Assembly: GCA_020510985.1 (NCBI GenBank)
Contig: CM035838.1
Coordinates: 342,579,700 to 342,643,699, forward strand
Direction: 5' to 3'
DNA length: 64,000 nt
DNA from: Pholidichthys leucotaenia
Taxonomy: Eukaryota
The notes under the pieces were generated by a model. The model was not told the DNA's origin, did no database searches, and saw nothing but the letters and a program-made list of their open reading frames with translations. A program made the position numbers and the translations under genes. This document shows, piece by piece, positions 23,365 through 35,719 of the stretch (positions within the stretch are counted from its first letter, which is position 1; each line of letters begins with the position of its first letter).

Positions 23365-23782
23365 TGTGGCCGACACACATTGTGGGCTCACGTTGCCACA
23401 GAGACAGGACTGTATGTGTATTGTGGGGTGTCACGTCTGCAAGGACAAGAAGACTCGAATCTGCAGTAGATGACAAGGAAGTGTGAGATTTGTCTCTTTG
23501 TCCCACAGAAGATGCCCCGGAGGGAATTCCGGTTCATCAGGAGATGAGAGACAATGGGTGAAGCTTCAAAGGGATGCTTTGTAACTGTATGTTTACTGAA
23601 GACACCATGTGACTTGAATCCTGATGCTGGAAATGTATATAAGGGGTGTGGGGATATGATTCTTTCTCTTTCCTGCTTTGAGAATGCTAGAAGCTTGTGT
23701 TCTGTCAAATAAAGCTGGTTTATGACTGAAACTCAGCCTCGTTATTTGAGCATGCTCCTACACTGGTGACCTACGACGGAGA

Positions 23783-24879
23783 ATGAGCAATGAGAATTCT
23801 TCCGAACCGGGCTCGGTGGAAGCCAGCCTGATAGCCGCCTCCACGCTCCGGCTGCCCGATTTCTGGCAGCACAGCCCGCGCTCATGGTTTAGCGCAATCG
23901 AGGCGCAGTTCAACCTCCGGAGAATCTCCAACGACGACACAAGATTCTACCACGTGGTAGCGAAACTGGACAGCGACACGGTCCAGAGAGTGGAGGATTT
24001 GGTTAATCATCCACCAGACAGCGACAAGTACAGCGCATTGAAAGACGCGCTGATCAGCCATTTCACCCCCTCAGTCCAACAAAGAGCAGAGGGGGGCTCC
24101 TGGTGCTGACGGAGGCAGAAAACGATAGACCTGCGGACCTGATGGTGAAGATGCTGCAGCTCAAAGCCTCCGAGGATGGCGAATTCATTTTCGCCCACCT
24201 ATTCCTTCGAACCCTACCACCAGCAGTGAGAGTGGCCCTGGCAGAGTCACCCCGATTGGCCAAGCGAGACTACCATGGGTTGAGCAAGGAGGCGCAGAAG
24301 TTGGTCGACGCCCACAAGCAGAACGCGGTTTCGGCCGCGGCGGCTAGTTCGGGAACGGCGTCCGGAGACAGCTTGGGTCCAGCGGCACCAGACGCACCAA
24401 CAACGGCGGCGACCGGAGCCAGACGACGCGGAGCGGAGAACGGCTCGTGCTTCTACCACCGCCGTTTTGCAGAGAGAGCGCACAGGTGCGTCCCACCGTG
24501 CAATTTTAAGCGCCAGGGAAACGCCAGGACCGAGGTAGCAGCCGCGACTCTCGGCAATGAGAACAGGCTGCTTTACCTGACGGATGCACGCTCGGGGAAA
24601 CAGTTCCTCGTGGACACGGGCTCGCAGCTGAGCTTCGTCACACCCACCTACGCGGAACGGCTCTCGCCTTCTAAAGCCCCCTGGGTGTCAGTGTCAGCAG
24701 CGAACGGCTCCACAATTAAAACGTTTGGTGAGAGGACCATGCTTCTGTCCTTACAAGGCCGTTCATTTGAGTGGACATTTATTGTAGCAGCAGTCAGTTT
24801 CAACATGTTAGGGGCTGATTTTTTGTGCTCACATGGTTTATTGGTTGATCTTGCTAATAGACGTCTGATTAATGATTAA
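23783..24879 (+). CDS. A gag-protease (internal TGA near 24107)
   Basis: LPDFWQ...WF...EAQF gag motif, [14 protein letters not shown] knuckle, protease [10 protein letters not shown]. Confidence 0.75.
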
Positions 24880-27746
24880 GTCTTTTCATTCTATTCCCTG
24901 CACAGCTCGGGTGGCCCCGCCAACTGCACATGCCAGCGTCTCAGCCGCGGGTGGTAAGTTTCACACTCTGCTTGCTCAGTTTCCAGCACTCACAGTCCCC
25001 ACGTTTTCAGCAACGGTGGCCAAACATGGGGTAGAACATTTCATAACAACCACAGGCCCTCCCGTTTTTGCAAAGGCTCGGCGCTTGGACCCAGCTAAAC
25101 TGGCCATCGCGCGCGAGGAGTTCACTAATCTGGAAAAACTAGGCATTGTTAGACGCTCCAAGAGCGCTTGGGCTTCGCCGTTACACATGGTCCCAAAGGC
25201 TGACGGCTCGTGGCGGCCTTGCGGCGATTTCCGCAGGTTGAACAACGTTTCGGCTCATGACCGCTACCCGATTCCGCACATTCAGGATTTTTCTGTTCAT
25301 TTGGCGGGGGCGCACATTTTTTCTAAAATAGACTTGGTGCGCGGCTATCACCAGGTTCCAGTGCGCGCGCAGGATGTACCCAAAACAGCGGTCATAACTC
25401 CTTTCGGCCTTTTTGAGTTCTTGCGCATGCCTTTTGGCCTCAAGGGGGCCGCGCAGACTTTCCAACGCATGATGGATGCAGTTTTACGCGACCTGCCTTT
25501 CGTGTTCGTTTATTTGGACAATATTTTGGTAGCCAGCACGTCCGAAGGCGAACATGAAAAACACCTCACAGCAGTTTTCCAGAGGTTGGCAGAGCACGGG
25601 TTAATAGTGAACCCAGCGAAATGCCAGTTTGGGGTGGCGCAGATTGATTTTTTGGGACATCGCGTTTCGGCAGAGGGAGCAGTTCCCCTTCCAAATAAAG
25701 TGCGTGCCATAACAGATTTTCCGCAACCTCAAACGGTTAAGGCGCTTCAGGAGTTTCTAGGGATGGTTAATTTTTACAACCGTTTCCTCCCAAGCGCATC
25801 ACGACTCATGCAGCCATTGTACACCGCGTTAAAAGAACAAAAGCCCGCAAATAAAGTCGAATGGTCTCCGGAGCGGGAGCGCGCTTTTGCCCAGGTCAAA
25901 TCAGCCCTGGCAAACGCAGTTTTGTTAGTGCACCCAGTTCCAACGGCCCGCATGCCGCTCACCACTGACGCTTCCGATGTAGCGGTGGGGGCGGTAGTTG
26001 AACAGTTTGTGGCAGGTGCCTGGCAACCCCTCGCGTTTTTCAGCAGGACTTTGCGCGATAGTGAACGGAAATACAGCGCGTTTGACAGGGAGCTTTTGGC
26101 CCTACACTTGGCCATTCGTTATTTTCAGTTCTGGTTAGAGGGGCGACGTTTCACCGCTTTTGTGGATCATAAACCGCTAACGTTCACGATGGCCAAAATT
26201 TCGGAACCCTGGTCAGGCCGGCAGCAAAGGCAACTAGCCGCAATATCGGAGTTCACTACTGATATTCAGCATGTCGCGGGTAAACACAATGTGGTGGCAG
26301 ACTGCCTCTCGCGTGCGGTAGCACCACCAAGCCCCATGGGGGCAGACTCTGTAGCCATGGCCGCGGGCCCGGGCAGCGACGCAGGAGCACGCGCAGCCCC
26401 GGTCTGTGTTGGGTTAGATTATGCTGCCATGGCTGCGGAGCAGGTTAACGACGCGGACGTGCGCGCGCTCCAGTCTGGACCAACAGGGTTAAGGCTGGAG
26501 CACAGGGTGCAACAAAACGGTATGCCCCCGCTAATCTGCGATGTCTCCACGGGACGGCCCCGCCCTGTGGTGCCAACCGCGTGGCGTTGCCGTGTTTTTG
26601 ACTTGGTCCATTCGCTCGCGCACCCAGGGGTGCGCGCATCGATCAAATTGGTGGGGGAGAAATTTGTTTGGCCCGGGTTGCGCAAACAGGTTAAGGAATG
26701 GGCAGCAGCCTGCGTAGCGTGTCAGCGAGCCAAAATACACAGACACACTAAGGCCCCGTTAGAACCTTTCCACATCCCCGCTAAGCGTTTTGATCATGTC
26801 CATATTGACCTGGTCGGCCCGCTCCCATTATCACACGGGCACACACATCTTTTGACGATGGTAGACCACACCACACGCTGGCCAGAGGCAATTCCTCTGA
26901 CATCAACCACAGCGGAAGAAGTTGCGCGAGCATTTTTAGCAGCGTGGGTTGCGCGTTTTGGTGTACTGTCGGACATAACGTCCGACAGGGGCCCCCAATT
27001 TATTTCCGAGCTATGGTCATCGATGGCCCGCAGCTTGGGGGTGAAGATTCATCGCACCACCGCGTATAACCCCCAGGCTAATGGTTTATGCGAACGCTTT
27101 CACAGGTCATTGAAAGCAGCCCTCAGAGCGTCGCTGACGGATACAAATTGGGTAGACAAACTCCCATGGGTCTTATTAGGGTTGCGTTCTGCACCTAAGG
27201 AAGATTTGCACGCTTCCCCGGCTGAATTGGTGTTCGCTCAACCGCTCCGTTTGCCCAGGGAATTTCTTCCCGATAATCCCGCACCTAATGGCCTCCCCGC
27301 TCAGCCGTGGCAGAGCGGCTCAGGAGCAAACACGCTCCCTGGCCCAGTCCATCACAGTTTCCCACACGTTTTTGTGCCCAAGGCTCTAAAAAATGCAGTT
27401 TGTTTTTGTTAAAAATGACGCCCAGCGCCCAAGTTTGCGGCCGTTTTACGATGGACCGTTTCGAGTGCTGGAGACCGGGCAGAAGCATTTTCTGCTAGAT
27501 TTAGGGGGCAGACGGGAGCTGATTTATATTAACAGGCTCAAACCCGCTTTTGTTCTGGCTGACGAGGGGGTGCAGCTCGCGAGGCCCCCCCGCCAGGGCA
27601 GGCCGCCGAGACGACAGTCTCCAAAGTCTTCACAGAAAGGTGCTAACAGCTTTAATCCACAGAGGCAGAGAGATGTTGCAGAGGCAGCCAAGCCAAGTTG
27701 CAGCAGATTCGGCAGAAGGTTAAAACCTAGGCAGTTGGTGGATTGA
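24872..27746 (+). CDS. A pol: RT (catalytic YLDD mutated to YLDN) - RNase H - integrase (ORFs 24872-27412 and 27393-27746)
   Basis: [14 protein letters not shown] and FVFVYLDNILVAS (RT). Integrase HHCC plus DDE ([21 protein letters not shown]). GPFRVLETG...INRLKPAF C-terminal tail. Confidence 0.8.
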
Positions 27747-28235
27747 TTAGCGATGTATGGAGTGCTTTGTGTCCTTCTTTTTTTTTTTCTTTTTTTATGC
27801 CATGCAGGTTCTGCCTTACTAGACATTTGGGGGGGGGGGTAGTGTGGCCGACACACATTGTGGGCTCACGTTGCCACAGAGACAGGACTGTATGTGTATT
27901 GTGGGGTGTCACATCTGCAAGGACAAGAAGACTCGAATCTGCAGTAGATGACAAGGAAGTGTGAGATTTGTCTCTTTGTCCCACAGAAGATGCCCCGGAG
28001 GGAATTCCGGTTCATCAGGAGATGAGAGACAATGGGTGAAGCTTCAAAGGGATGCTTTGTAACTGTATGTTTACTGAAGACACCATGTGACTTGAATCCT
28101 GATGCTGGAAATGTATATAAGGGGTGTGGGGATATGATTCTTTCTCTTTCCTGCTTTGAGAATGCTAGGAGCTTGTGTTCTGTCAAATAAAGCTGGTTTA
28201 TGACTGAAACTCAGCCTCGTTATTTGAGCATGCTC

Positions 28236-31133
28236 CTACAGAGGGACAAAAACCCGTGGAAAGGAGTGATGAGCTGGACCGGGGAGAGAGTCCGGTCCGT
28301 TGCTGCCTAAAAACCTTGGGACTGGAAGATGCCCTGGCTCTGGGTTCTCTGGTAAAAATTCACCTGGGAGCCTGAGAGGTTGTGCAAAAACTAATTCTGC
28401 CGGAGAGGCGTCTAGATCCTCTTTAGGCGCAGCACGCAACCCCAATAAAACCCAGGGAAGTTTATTTACCCAATTTGTATCCGTTAGTGAGGCTCTGAGG
28501 GCGGCCTTTAAAGACCTGTGAAAACGCTCGCATAACCCATTAGCCTGAGGGTGATAAGCGGTGGTGCGGTGAATTGTTGCCCCTAAGCTGCTGGACATGG
28601 CTGACCAAAGCTCTGAGACAAATTGAGGTCCTCTATCGGACGTGATGTCCGATGGGACGCCGAAATGTGCCACCCAGTTTGTCAAAAAAACGCGAGCGAC
28701 TTCCTCTGCTGTGGTTGATGCTAGAGGGACTGCCTCTGGCCAGCGCATGGTGCGGTCTATCATTGTTAACAGGTGTGTGAAACCTTGGGAGGAAGGTAGT
28801 GGCCCCACGAGGTCGACATGAACGTGGTCGAACCTTCTAGCAGGGATTGGAAAAGGCTCCAGAGGGGCTTTTGTGTGTTTGTGTATTTTGGCGCGCTGAC
28901 AAGAAATGCAAGTTTTTGCCCATTCTTTTACGTTTTTGCGCAGGCCTGGCCACACAAACTTTTCGCCGACCATTTTAACCGAGGCGCGCACACCTGGGTG
29001 CGCGAGGGAGTGAATTGAGTCGACAATACGGCGGCGCCATGTAGCTGGTACTAACGGGCGAGGTCGGCCGGTTGAAATATCGCATATTAGGGGGGGCACG
29101 CCGTCACGTAAACCCTTTTTCTCCAGCCTTAACCCTGTTGGTCCAGACAGGAGTGGCCGCACGTCCGCGTCACTGCTTTGTTCCTCTGCCATGGCTGCAT
29201 AATCTATCCCTGCATGGATAGGTGCTGCGTATGTGTCCGCGTTAGTGAAGAGTTCTGCGGCTGAGGTAGTATAATCTGTCCCCTCGCGCTCTGGTGATGT
29301 CACAGCGCGAGAGAGGCAGTCTGCTACCACGTTAAGTTTGCCTGCCACATGTCGAATGTCTGTGGTGAACTCTGAAATCGCAGCCAGCTGTCTTTGTTGC
29401 CTGCCTGACCATGGTTCTGAAATTTTAGCCATAGCAAAGGTGAGCGGTTTATGGTCTACAAAAGCCGTGAAACTCCGCCCTTCTAACCAGAACTGGAAGT
29501 GGCGGATGGATAAATGAAGCGCTAGCAGCTCCCTGTCAAAAGTGGTGTATTTACGCTCAGTTTGGTTTAGCGATTTGCTGAAGAATGCTAAAGGTTGCCA
29601 GATCCCGCTGACATGTTGTTCTACAACTGCCCCTATAGCTAGGTCTGAAGCGTCTGTGGTTAGTGCGATGTGGGCCGAGGGATCGGGGTGAACTAACAAT
29701 GTGGCGTTAGCTAGAGCGCTCTTTACTTCCGCGAAGGCGCGTGCGCGCTCCAGGGTCCATTCGACTGCGTTGGAAGCTTTCTTTTTTTTGAGTGCGTCAT
29801 ATAGGGGCTGCATGAGCTGAGCTGCGTGGGGGAGGAAACGGTTGTAAAAATTAACCATTCCTAAAAATTCTTGCAGCGATTTGACCGTTTGTGGCCGTGG
29901 GAAGCTTTTTATCGCGTGAACTTTGTCTGGAAGTGGGACTGCCCCTTTCGGAGAGACTTTGTGTCCTAAAAAATCAATTTGTGACACGCCGAATTTGCAT
30001 TTGGCTGGATTGATTATTAACCCGTGCTCTTCTAGTCTTTGAAAAACCGTAGTGAGGTGCTGCTCGTGTTCTTCCTCAGACGAGCTGGCTACCAGCATGT
30101 CGTCGAGGTAGACGAACACGAAAGGAAGGTCGCGTAATACCGCGTCCATCATCCGTTGAAAAGTTTGAGCAGCGCCTTTGAGGCCGAAAGGCATTCGCAG
30201 AAATTCAAAAAGGCCGAAAGGGGTTATTACAGCTGTTTTAGGAATGTCCTCTGCTTGAACTGGGATTTGATGATAACCGCGGACCAGGTCTATTTTTGAA
30301 AAAATGCGCGCACCCGCCAGATGTAGTGAAAAATCTTGAATGTGAGGAATTGGGTAGCGGTCATGCGCTGTCGCATTGTTTAATCTGCGGTAATCGCCGC
30401 ACGGTCTCCAAGAACCGTCGGATTTCGGAACCATGTGAAGTGGTGAGGCCCAAGGGCTCTTCGAGCGTCTAACAATGCCTAATTTTTCAAGGGTAGTAAA
30501 CTCGTCCCGAGCTATGTTGAGCTTGGCCGCATCTAAGCAGCGAGCTTTGGCAAATACGGGTGGGCCCGTTGTGGGAATAAAGTGTTCAACCCCGTGTTTA
30601 GCCACAGTGGCTGAGAATTTGGGAATTGTGAGTGCTGGAAATTGGGTGAGGAGTTGCTCAAACTTACCTCCTGCCGTGGTGACGCTGGCCTGCACAGGTG
30701 GTGGAGAAACTCGGGCTGAGCAGGGAATAGAAGCAAAGGACAGTGCATTAACCAAGCGCCTATTCGCTAGATCCACTAATAACCCATGTGCACACAAAAA
30801 ATCTGTGCCTAACAAGTTAAAACTCACCGCCGCTACAACAAATGTCCATCTGTAGTTGCGGCCGTGGATGTGGAGGTGCAGACTCTTTTCACCGAAAGTG
30901 TCAATGTTGGAGCCGTTGGCTGCCACCGCTCCGTTGCCCCGAGTGCCCCTGGCTCGATCTGCTTGGGAGGGCATGACGAAACTCAGCTGAGCTCCTGTGT
31001 CGATAAGGAACTGCTTGCCGGTGTGTCCATCCATCACATATAACAGCTTACTCTTCTCGCCGAGAACCGCTGCCGTTAACGGCTCTCGGCTTTGGCGTTT
31101 CCCGAAATCGTAAATTTGCAGGGGGGAACGCAT
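28236..31133 (-). CDS. B pol (PR-RT-RH-IN, 965 aa, uninterrupted up to the A insertion)
   Basis: [11 protein letters not shown] (protease), [10 protein letters not shown] (RT), and a full RNase H and integrase. Confidence 0.85.
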   Translation of the reverse strand: MRSPLQIYDFGKRQSREPLTAAVLGEKSKLLYVMDGHTGKQFLIDTGAQLSFVMPSQADRARGTRGNGAVAANGSNIDTFGEKSLHLHIHGRNYRWTFVVAAVSFNLLGTDFLCAHGLLVDLANRRLVNALSFASIPCSARVSPPPVQASVTTAGGKFEQLLTQFPALTIPKFSATVAKHGVEHFIPTTGPPVFAKARCLDAAKLNIARDEFTTLEKLGIVRRSKSPWASPLHMVPKSDGSWRPCGDYRRLNNATAHDRYPIPHIQDFSLHLAGARIFSKIDLVRGYHQIPVQAEDIPKTAVITPFGLFEFLRMPFGLKGAAQTFQRMMDAVLRDLPFVFVYLDDMLVASSSEEEHEQHLTTVFQRLEEHGLIINPAKCKFGVSQIDFLGHKVSPKGAVPLPDKVHAIKSFPRPQTVKSLQEFLGMVNFYNRFLPHAAQLMQPLYDALKKKKASNAVEWTLERARAFAEVKSALANATLLVHPDPSAHIALTTDASDLAIGAVVEQHVSGIWQPLAFFSKSLNQTERKYTTFDRELLALHLSIRHFQFWLEGRSFTAFVDHKPLTFAMAKISEPWSGRQQRQLAAISEFTTDIRHVAGKLNVVADCLSRAVTSPEREGTDYTTSAAELFTNADTYAAPIHAGIDYAAMAEEQSSDADVRPLLSGPTGLRLEKKGLRDGVPPLICDISTGRPRPLVPATWRRRIVDSIHSLAHPGVRASVKMVGEKFVWPGLRKNVKEWAKTCISCQRAKIHKHTKAPLEPFPIPARRFDHVHVDLVGPLPSSQGFTHLLTMIDRTMRWPEAVPLASTTAEEVARVFLTNWVAHFGVPSDITSDRGPQFVSELWSAMSSSLGATIHRTTAYHPQANGLCERFHRSLKAALRASLTDTNWVNKLPWVLLGLRAAPKEDLDASPAELVFAQPLRLPGEFLPENPEPGHLPVPRFLGSNGPDSLPGPAHHSFPRVFVPL

Positions 31134-31985
31134 TTGCGGGCCTTCTCAGCGAAGCGGTGGTGATAATAACAGACGTTGCTCTGTCTGTTACGTTTTGGCC
31201 GTGTCACTGTCACCGCGGGCTGGATCTGCTCAGTGGGTTGTGGCTCTTCGTGGTTCTGGGCATCAGCGTTGAGGTCTGCGGATGCTGCTGTGGGTGTCTG
31301 CTCCTTGCAGGCATTGACGAGCCGTTGAGCTTCGTTGGCGAGCACGCGGAAGTCTTGCTGGGTGCTGCATCTCATGTTGGCGAGTGTCCCTCTCATGTGT
31401 GGCGGCAGCGTGCTGAGGAATATGAATTGGAAGAGGAAGTTGTCGTTGTCCTCTTCTTTAAGCTGTAGCAAATCCTCCATGAGGGCTTTAGGTTTGCACC
31501 CTCTGTGGCCGTAGACCGCCAGGATCTTCTCGGCTCTCTCTTCAGCTGAGGGGACGTAATTTGCCACGATGGTTGCTTTCAGTGTTTCATATTTGTCTTG
31601 GGCCGGCAGCCGCCGGATCATGCTCCGCACACACCTCGAAGTGGCGGCGTCGAGTTTGGAGATGATATGATAGAATTTCGTATCATCAGCCGTGATGCCC
31701 GCCAGTGTAAACTGGGCTTCAGCCTGTTGAAACCACGAGGCGGGGTCTTCTTGCCAGAAGTCCGGCAGCTTGACAGCAACGGCATTCGTGTATACCATCA
31801 CTGCTGTGTCCGCAGGATGAGAGTGCCTTGCTTCAGCTCTCTCAGCGGTGCTGGTGTTCGGTTGAGCCCTCTCAATCCCTTCTGCTGGGGGGGAAAGTCG
31901 TCCATCTGTTCCCCTGTCTGCGTGGGCGCTGTCGTCTGCCTGGGTCGCCACAGAGGAGTCGATCGCGGGGGAACACCTCAGGACC
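31076..31985 (-). CDS. B gag
   Basis: [21 protein letters not shown] and [14 protein letters not shown]. The first Met after the PBS is at 31985. Confidence 0.7.
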
Positions 31986-32006
31986 ATACTCGCGTCAGGG
32001 GTCACC

Positions 32007-32422
32007 AGTGTAGAAGAGCTTGAAATGATGAGGCGATTTGATATATAAACCAAAGTTTATTTATCAGCTCTCCTAACAAGTCTCATCTAGTGCAGAGGTA
32101 GCAGAAGGAAAAAGAGACCGAATATCTCCGGCTCTCTGACTTTATACTTGCACATAACAAAAGACATGCATATCAAAGGCTGACATCCCTCATTATCTTA
32201 ATCCCCCCATTGTCTTGGTACTTCCTCTCTTCGCCCTAGGGGGGTGAGGGTAGCTCCTCCGGTCTCCATCGCAGTGTCTGGGAACGTCTTTGTTCTTCAC
32301 TTGGCGGTTGAGAGTCTTTGTCCTTTCAGAGGTGTGAAGTTGCCTTACATATGTAATCACCAAACATTCCCACATGCTTCAACATATGTAGGTTATGGAA
32401 TATATGATTAATATAGCCCACA
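32007..32422 (-). repeat. B 5' LTR (PBS immediately downstream in element orientation)
   Basis: Duplicate of 22348-22761. Has TATAAAG and AATAAA signals. Confidence 0.75.
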
Positions 32423-32455
32423 AAATTAATAAAACCACTTTTGGAAATGGTTTTA

Positions 32456-34668
32456 GTGTGGAGGATGTGCGGAAGGACGAGACTGAGTTATTCCTCAAGT
32501 TCAGCTTTATTCACAAACACATACTCCAACAATTTCAAAGCAGAAAAAGAGGATGAATTATCTCACATCTGTCCTTTATACCCCGGACATCAAAACTGCA
32601 GTCATATGGTGTTTAATCAAACATACAGTCACATGGTACTTAATCCCAGTCTCAATGTAACTCTTCTGATCTTCACACCATTGTCCCTTAGTCTCCGGTG
32701 GTCTGGAAATCTCTCCAGGTCATCTCCCTGAAACAAAGGTCAAACCTCGCACTCTCCCGTTACTTCCCGGAGGCTCTCTCGGAGGCTCAGTCCTTTTGAT
32801 CCTTGAGACGTGCAGCACACAATACAATCAACACACAGCAATATATTTGTGGAGCATATGTAACCAACATATGTTGCCCACATGACCCCCCCCCCCAAAT
32901 GTCTAAAATGGAACAATCATAACTAGAGATGCATGACATAATAACATTACTACATATCAATCCACCCGTTGCCTAGGCCTAAGTCTTCTGCCGTATTTGC
33001 TGTAAGCTGGCTTTACTGCTTCTGCAGTCTGCTGTGGGACTGTTGCATGTGGATTAGAACTGTTAGTCAATCTCTGTGGGTGTTCTGGAGAATGCCTTCT
33101 AGGGGGTCTGCCGCGACGGGGGGCCCTCGCCAGCTGCACAGCTTCATCCGCCAAAACAAAAGCGGGTTTGAGTCTGTTAATACCAATTACCTCCTTTCTG
33201 TCTCCCAAATCTAGCAAAAAATGCGTCTCTCCTGTTTCCAGCACCCTAAACGGTCCATCGTACGGCGGCCACAAGTTTGGGCGATGGGCATCATGTCTGA
33301 CAAAAACAAACTCCGCATTTTTTAAGGCTTTCAGCACAAAAACGCGTGGAAAGCTGTGATGAACCGGGCCAGGAAGCGTGTTTGATCCCGTGTCGCTCTG
33401 CAGCCGTTGAGCGGAGGGGGGGGCAATTTGGCGCAGGATTATCCGGGAGAAATTCCCCGGGCAGCCGGAGAGGCTGTGCAAAAACTAACTCAGCTGGGGA
33501 GGCTTGCAAATCCTCCTTAGGTGCAGAACGCAACCCCAATAAAACCCATGGTAGCCTGTCTACCCAATTTGTATCTGTAAGCGACGCTCTGAGGGCTGCT
33601 TTCAATGACCTATGGAAACGTTCGCATAAACCGTTAGCCTGGGGGTTGTACGCAGTAGTGCGGTGGATCGTTACCCTCAGGCTGCGGGCCATCGCTGACC
33701 AGAGCTCGGACACAAACTGCGGACCTCTGTCGGACGTTATGTCCAATGGAACTCCAAAACGCGCTACCCACGCTGTTAAAAATGCGCGCGCCACCTCCTC
33801 GGCTGTGGTTGATGCCAGTGGGACCACTTCCGGCCAACGCGTAGTGCGGTCCACCATTGTCAAAAGGTGTGTGCACCCCTGTGACGATGGGAGGGGGCCT
33901 ACCAGGTCGACATGCACATGATCAAAGCGCTTAGCCGGGATGTGAAAAGGCTCCAAAGGAGCTCTAGTGTGTTTGTGTATTTTGGCTCGCTGACAGGCTA
34001 CGCAGACTGTCGCCCATTCTTTGACCTGTTTGCGCAACCCTGGCCATACAAATTTCTCTCCTACCATTTTGACCGATGCGCGCACCCCCGGGTGCGCCAG
34101 AGAATGGATCGAGTCAAAAACGCGACGGCGCCACGCAGCTGGTACCACCGGACACGGCCGTCCAGTGGAAATATCGCAGATTAGGGGGGGCATACCATCT
34201 TGCAGCACCCTGTACTCCAGCCTTAACCCTGTTGGTCCAGACTGGAGCGCGCACACGTCCGCATCACTAACCTGCTCCGCGGCCATGGCTGCATAATCTA
34301 ACCCTACGCGGACCAGGGCTGCGCACGCTTCCGCGTCGCTACCCTGGCCCGCGGCCATGGCTGCAGAGTCTGCCCCCACGGGGCCCGGAGCCGCCACAGC
34401 ACATGAGAGGCAGTCTGCCACTACATTATATTTACCTGCCACATGCTGGATATCGGTGGTAAACTCCGATATTGCGGCCAGCTGTCTCTGCTGCCGGCCC
34501 GACCAAGGTTCCGAAATCTTGGCCATCGCAAAAGTCAGCGGTTTGTGGTCCACGAACGCAGTGAAACGGCGCCCTTCCAGCCAGAACTGGAAGTGGCGGA
34601 TGGCCAAGTGCAGAGCCAACAGCTCCCTGTCGAACGCGCTGTATTTTCACTCGCTATCGCGTAAGGTT
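32456..34668 (-). mobile_element. Element C: family-X 3' fragment (3' LTR 32456-32882, PPT, RNase H - integrase), 5'-truncated at the L2 insertion
   Basis: LTR TGTGGGCAACAT...CATCCTCCACAC. PPT GGGGGGGGGGGTC at 32883-32896. pol ORFs 32957-33481 and 33291-34619. RT/RNase H coding extends to 34668, where the L2 tail begins. Confidence 0.75.
32957..34619 (-). CDS. C pol fragments (RNase H - integrase - C-terminal tail), frameshifted
   Basis: [43 protein letters not shown] core, ...INRLKPAFVLADEAVQLA. Confidence 0.75.
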
Positions 34669-34669
34669 T

Positions 34670-35719
34670 TGCTGAATTCAATTCAATTCAATTCAATTCA
34701 ACTTTATTTATATAGCACCATTTCACAACAACAGTCATCTCATAGCACTATCAACTGTAGGGGGGAGCCCCCACAGTTGCAGAAAGACCCCAGCAATCAG
34801 GCGATCCCCTGTGAGCAAGCACTTGGCGACGGTGGAGAGGAAAAACTCCCTTTTAACAGGAAGAAACCTCCAGCAGAACCAGGCTCAGGGAGGGGCAGTC
34901 ATCTGCTGCGACTGGCTGGGGGGTGAGGGGATAGAGAAGAAGAAAAGAACAGACATGTAGAGAGCAAACAGCACGATGGGGACGCAATCTATGGGAGAGA
35001 ACAAACAGATGTTAATGACCAGCAAAAAAAAATATTTCATAGAGAGTGAGGAAAGGAGTGAGGCCCAGTGCATTACTGGAGGTCCCCCGGCTGACTAAAC
35101 CTATTAGCAGCATAACTAAGGGAGGGTTCAGAAACACATGATCCCTCCCTAATTGTAGGCTATATCAAAAAGGTAGGTTTTAGCCCTATTCTTAAAAACA
35201 GAGATCGAGTCTGACTCCCGAATCCAGATTGGCAGCTGATTCCACAGGAGAGGAGCTTGATAACTGAAGGCTCTGCCTCCCATTGTACTTTTGGAGATTC
35301 TAGGTATTACAAGTAATCCTGCATTTTGGGAGCGTAGTGCTCTGTTAGGATAATACGGTAGTATCAGGTCTTTTAAATAAAAAGGAGCCTGATTGTTTAG
35401 AGCTTTGTAAGTAAGAAGAAGGATTTTAAACTTAATTCTAAACTCTATGGGAAGCCAATGAAGGGAGGCCAGAACCGGAGAGATATGATCTCTCTTTCTA
35501 GTACCTGTTAAAACTCTTGCTGCAGCATTTTGGATCAGCTGAAGACTTTTTAAAGATGTTTTAGGACAGCCTGATAATAAAGAATTACAATAATCTAATC
35601 TCGAGCTAACAAAAGCGTGGATCAGTTTCTCAGCATCACTCTGAGACAAGATGCTCCTAATCTTGGCAATATTACGCAAATGATAGAAGGCAGTCTTAGA
35701 AACAAATTTACAAATCATA
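34670..35719 (-). mobile_element. L2 LINE copy 2 (3'-terminal 1.05 kb incl. 3'UTR and (TTGAA)n tail)
   Basis: Reverse complement of 19460-20835 of copy 1, minus the SINE. Its ORF2 C-terminus HWLPIEFRIKFKILLL is uninterrupted. Confidence 0.8.

Larger units (their letters stand above)
23365..28240 (+). mobile_element. Element A: family-X LTR retrotransposon nested in B's integrase region
   Basis: LTRs at 23365-23762 and 27844-28240 (398 bp). PBS CTGGTGACCTACGACGG at 23763. Poly-G PPT at 27830-27840. 4-bp TSD GAGG (23361-23364, 28241-28244). Confidence 0.85.
22348..32422 (-). mobile_element. Element B: complete family-X Ty3/gypsy-like LTR retrotransposon (both LTRs, PBS, gag, pol), carrying nested element A
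   Basis: LTRs at 22348-22761 and 32007-32422, about 414 bp, TGTGGGCTATATT...CTTCTACAC in element orientation. PBS TGGTGACCCCTGACGCG at 31997-32006. PPT at 22762-22775. Flanking AAATT direct repeat; removing B restores the L1 RT frame. Confidence 0.8.

Noticed and set aside
24976-26115. Multiple 60-110-aa minus-strand ORFs inside element A
   Set aside because: They are antisense to the long pol ORF. GC-rich coding sequence commonly gives open antisense frames.
31985-32053. N-terminal extension of the B gag track ORF (MVYISNRLIISS...)
   Set aside because: It runs across the PBS and into the 5' LTR. The true gag start is at or after the first Met downstream of the PBS.
32423-32960. Apparent continuation of the L1-like RT beyond element B (LIKPLLEMVLVWRMCGRT...)
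   Set aside because: Only the first ~11 residues (32423-32455) fit an L1 RT. From 32456 the sequence is element C's LTR (TGTGGG...CCTCCACAC), so the longer match is spurious.
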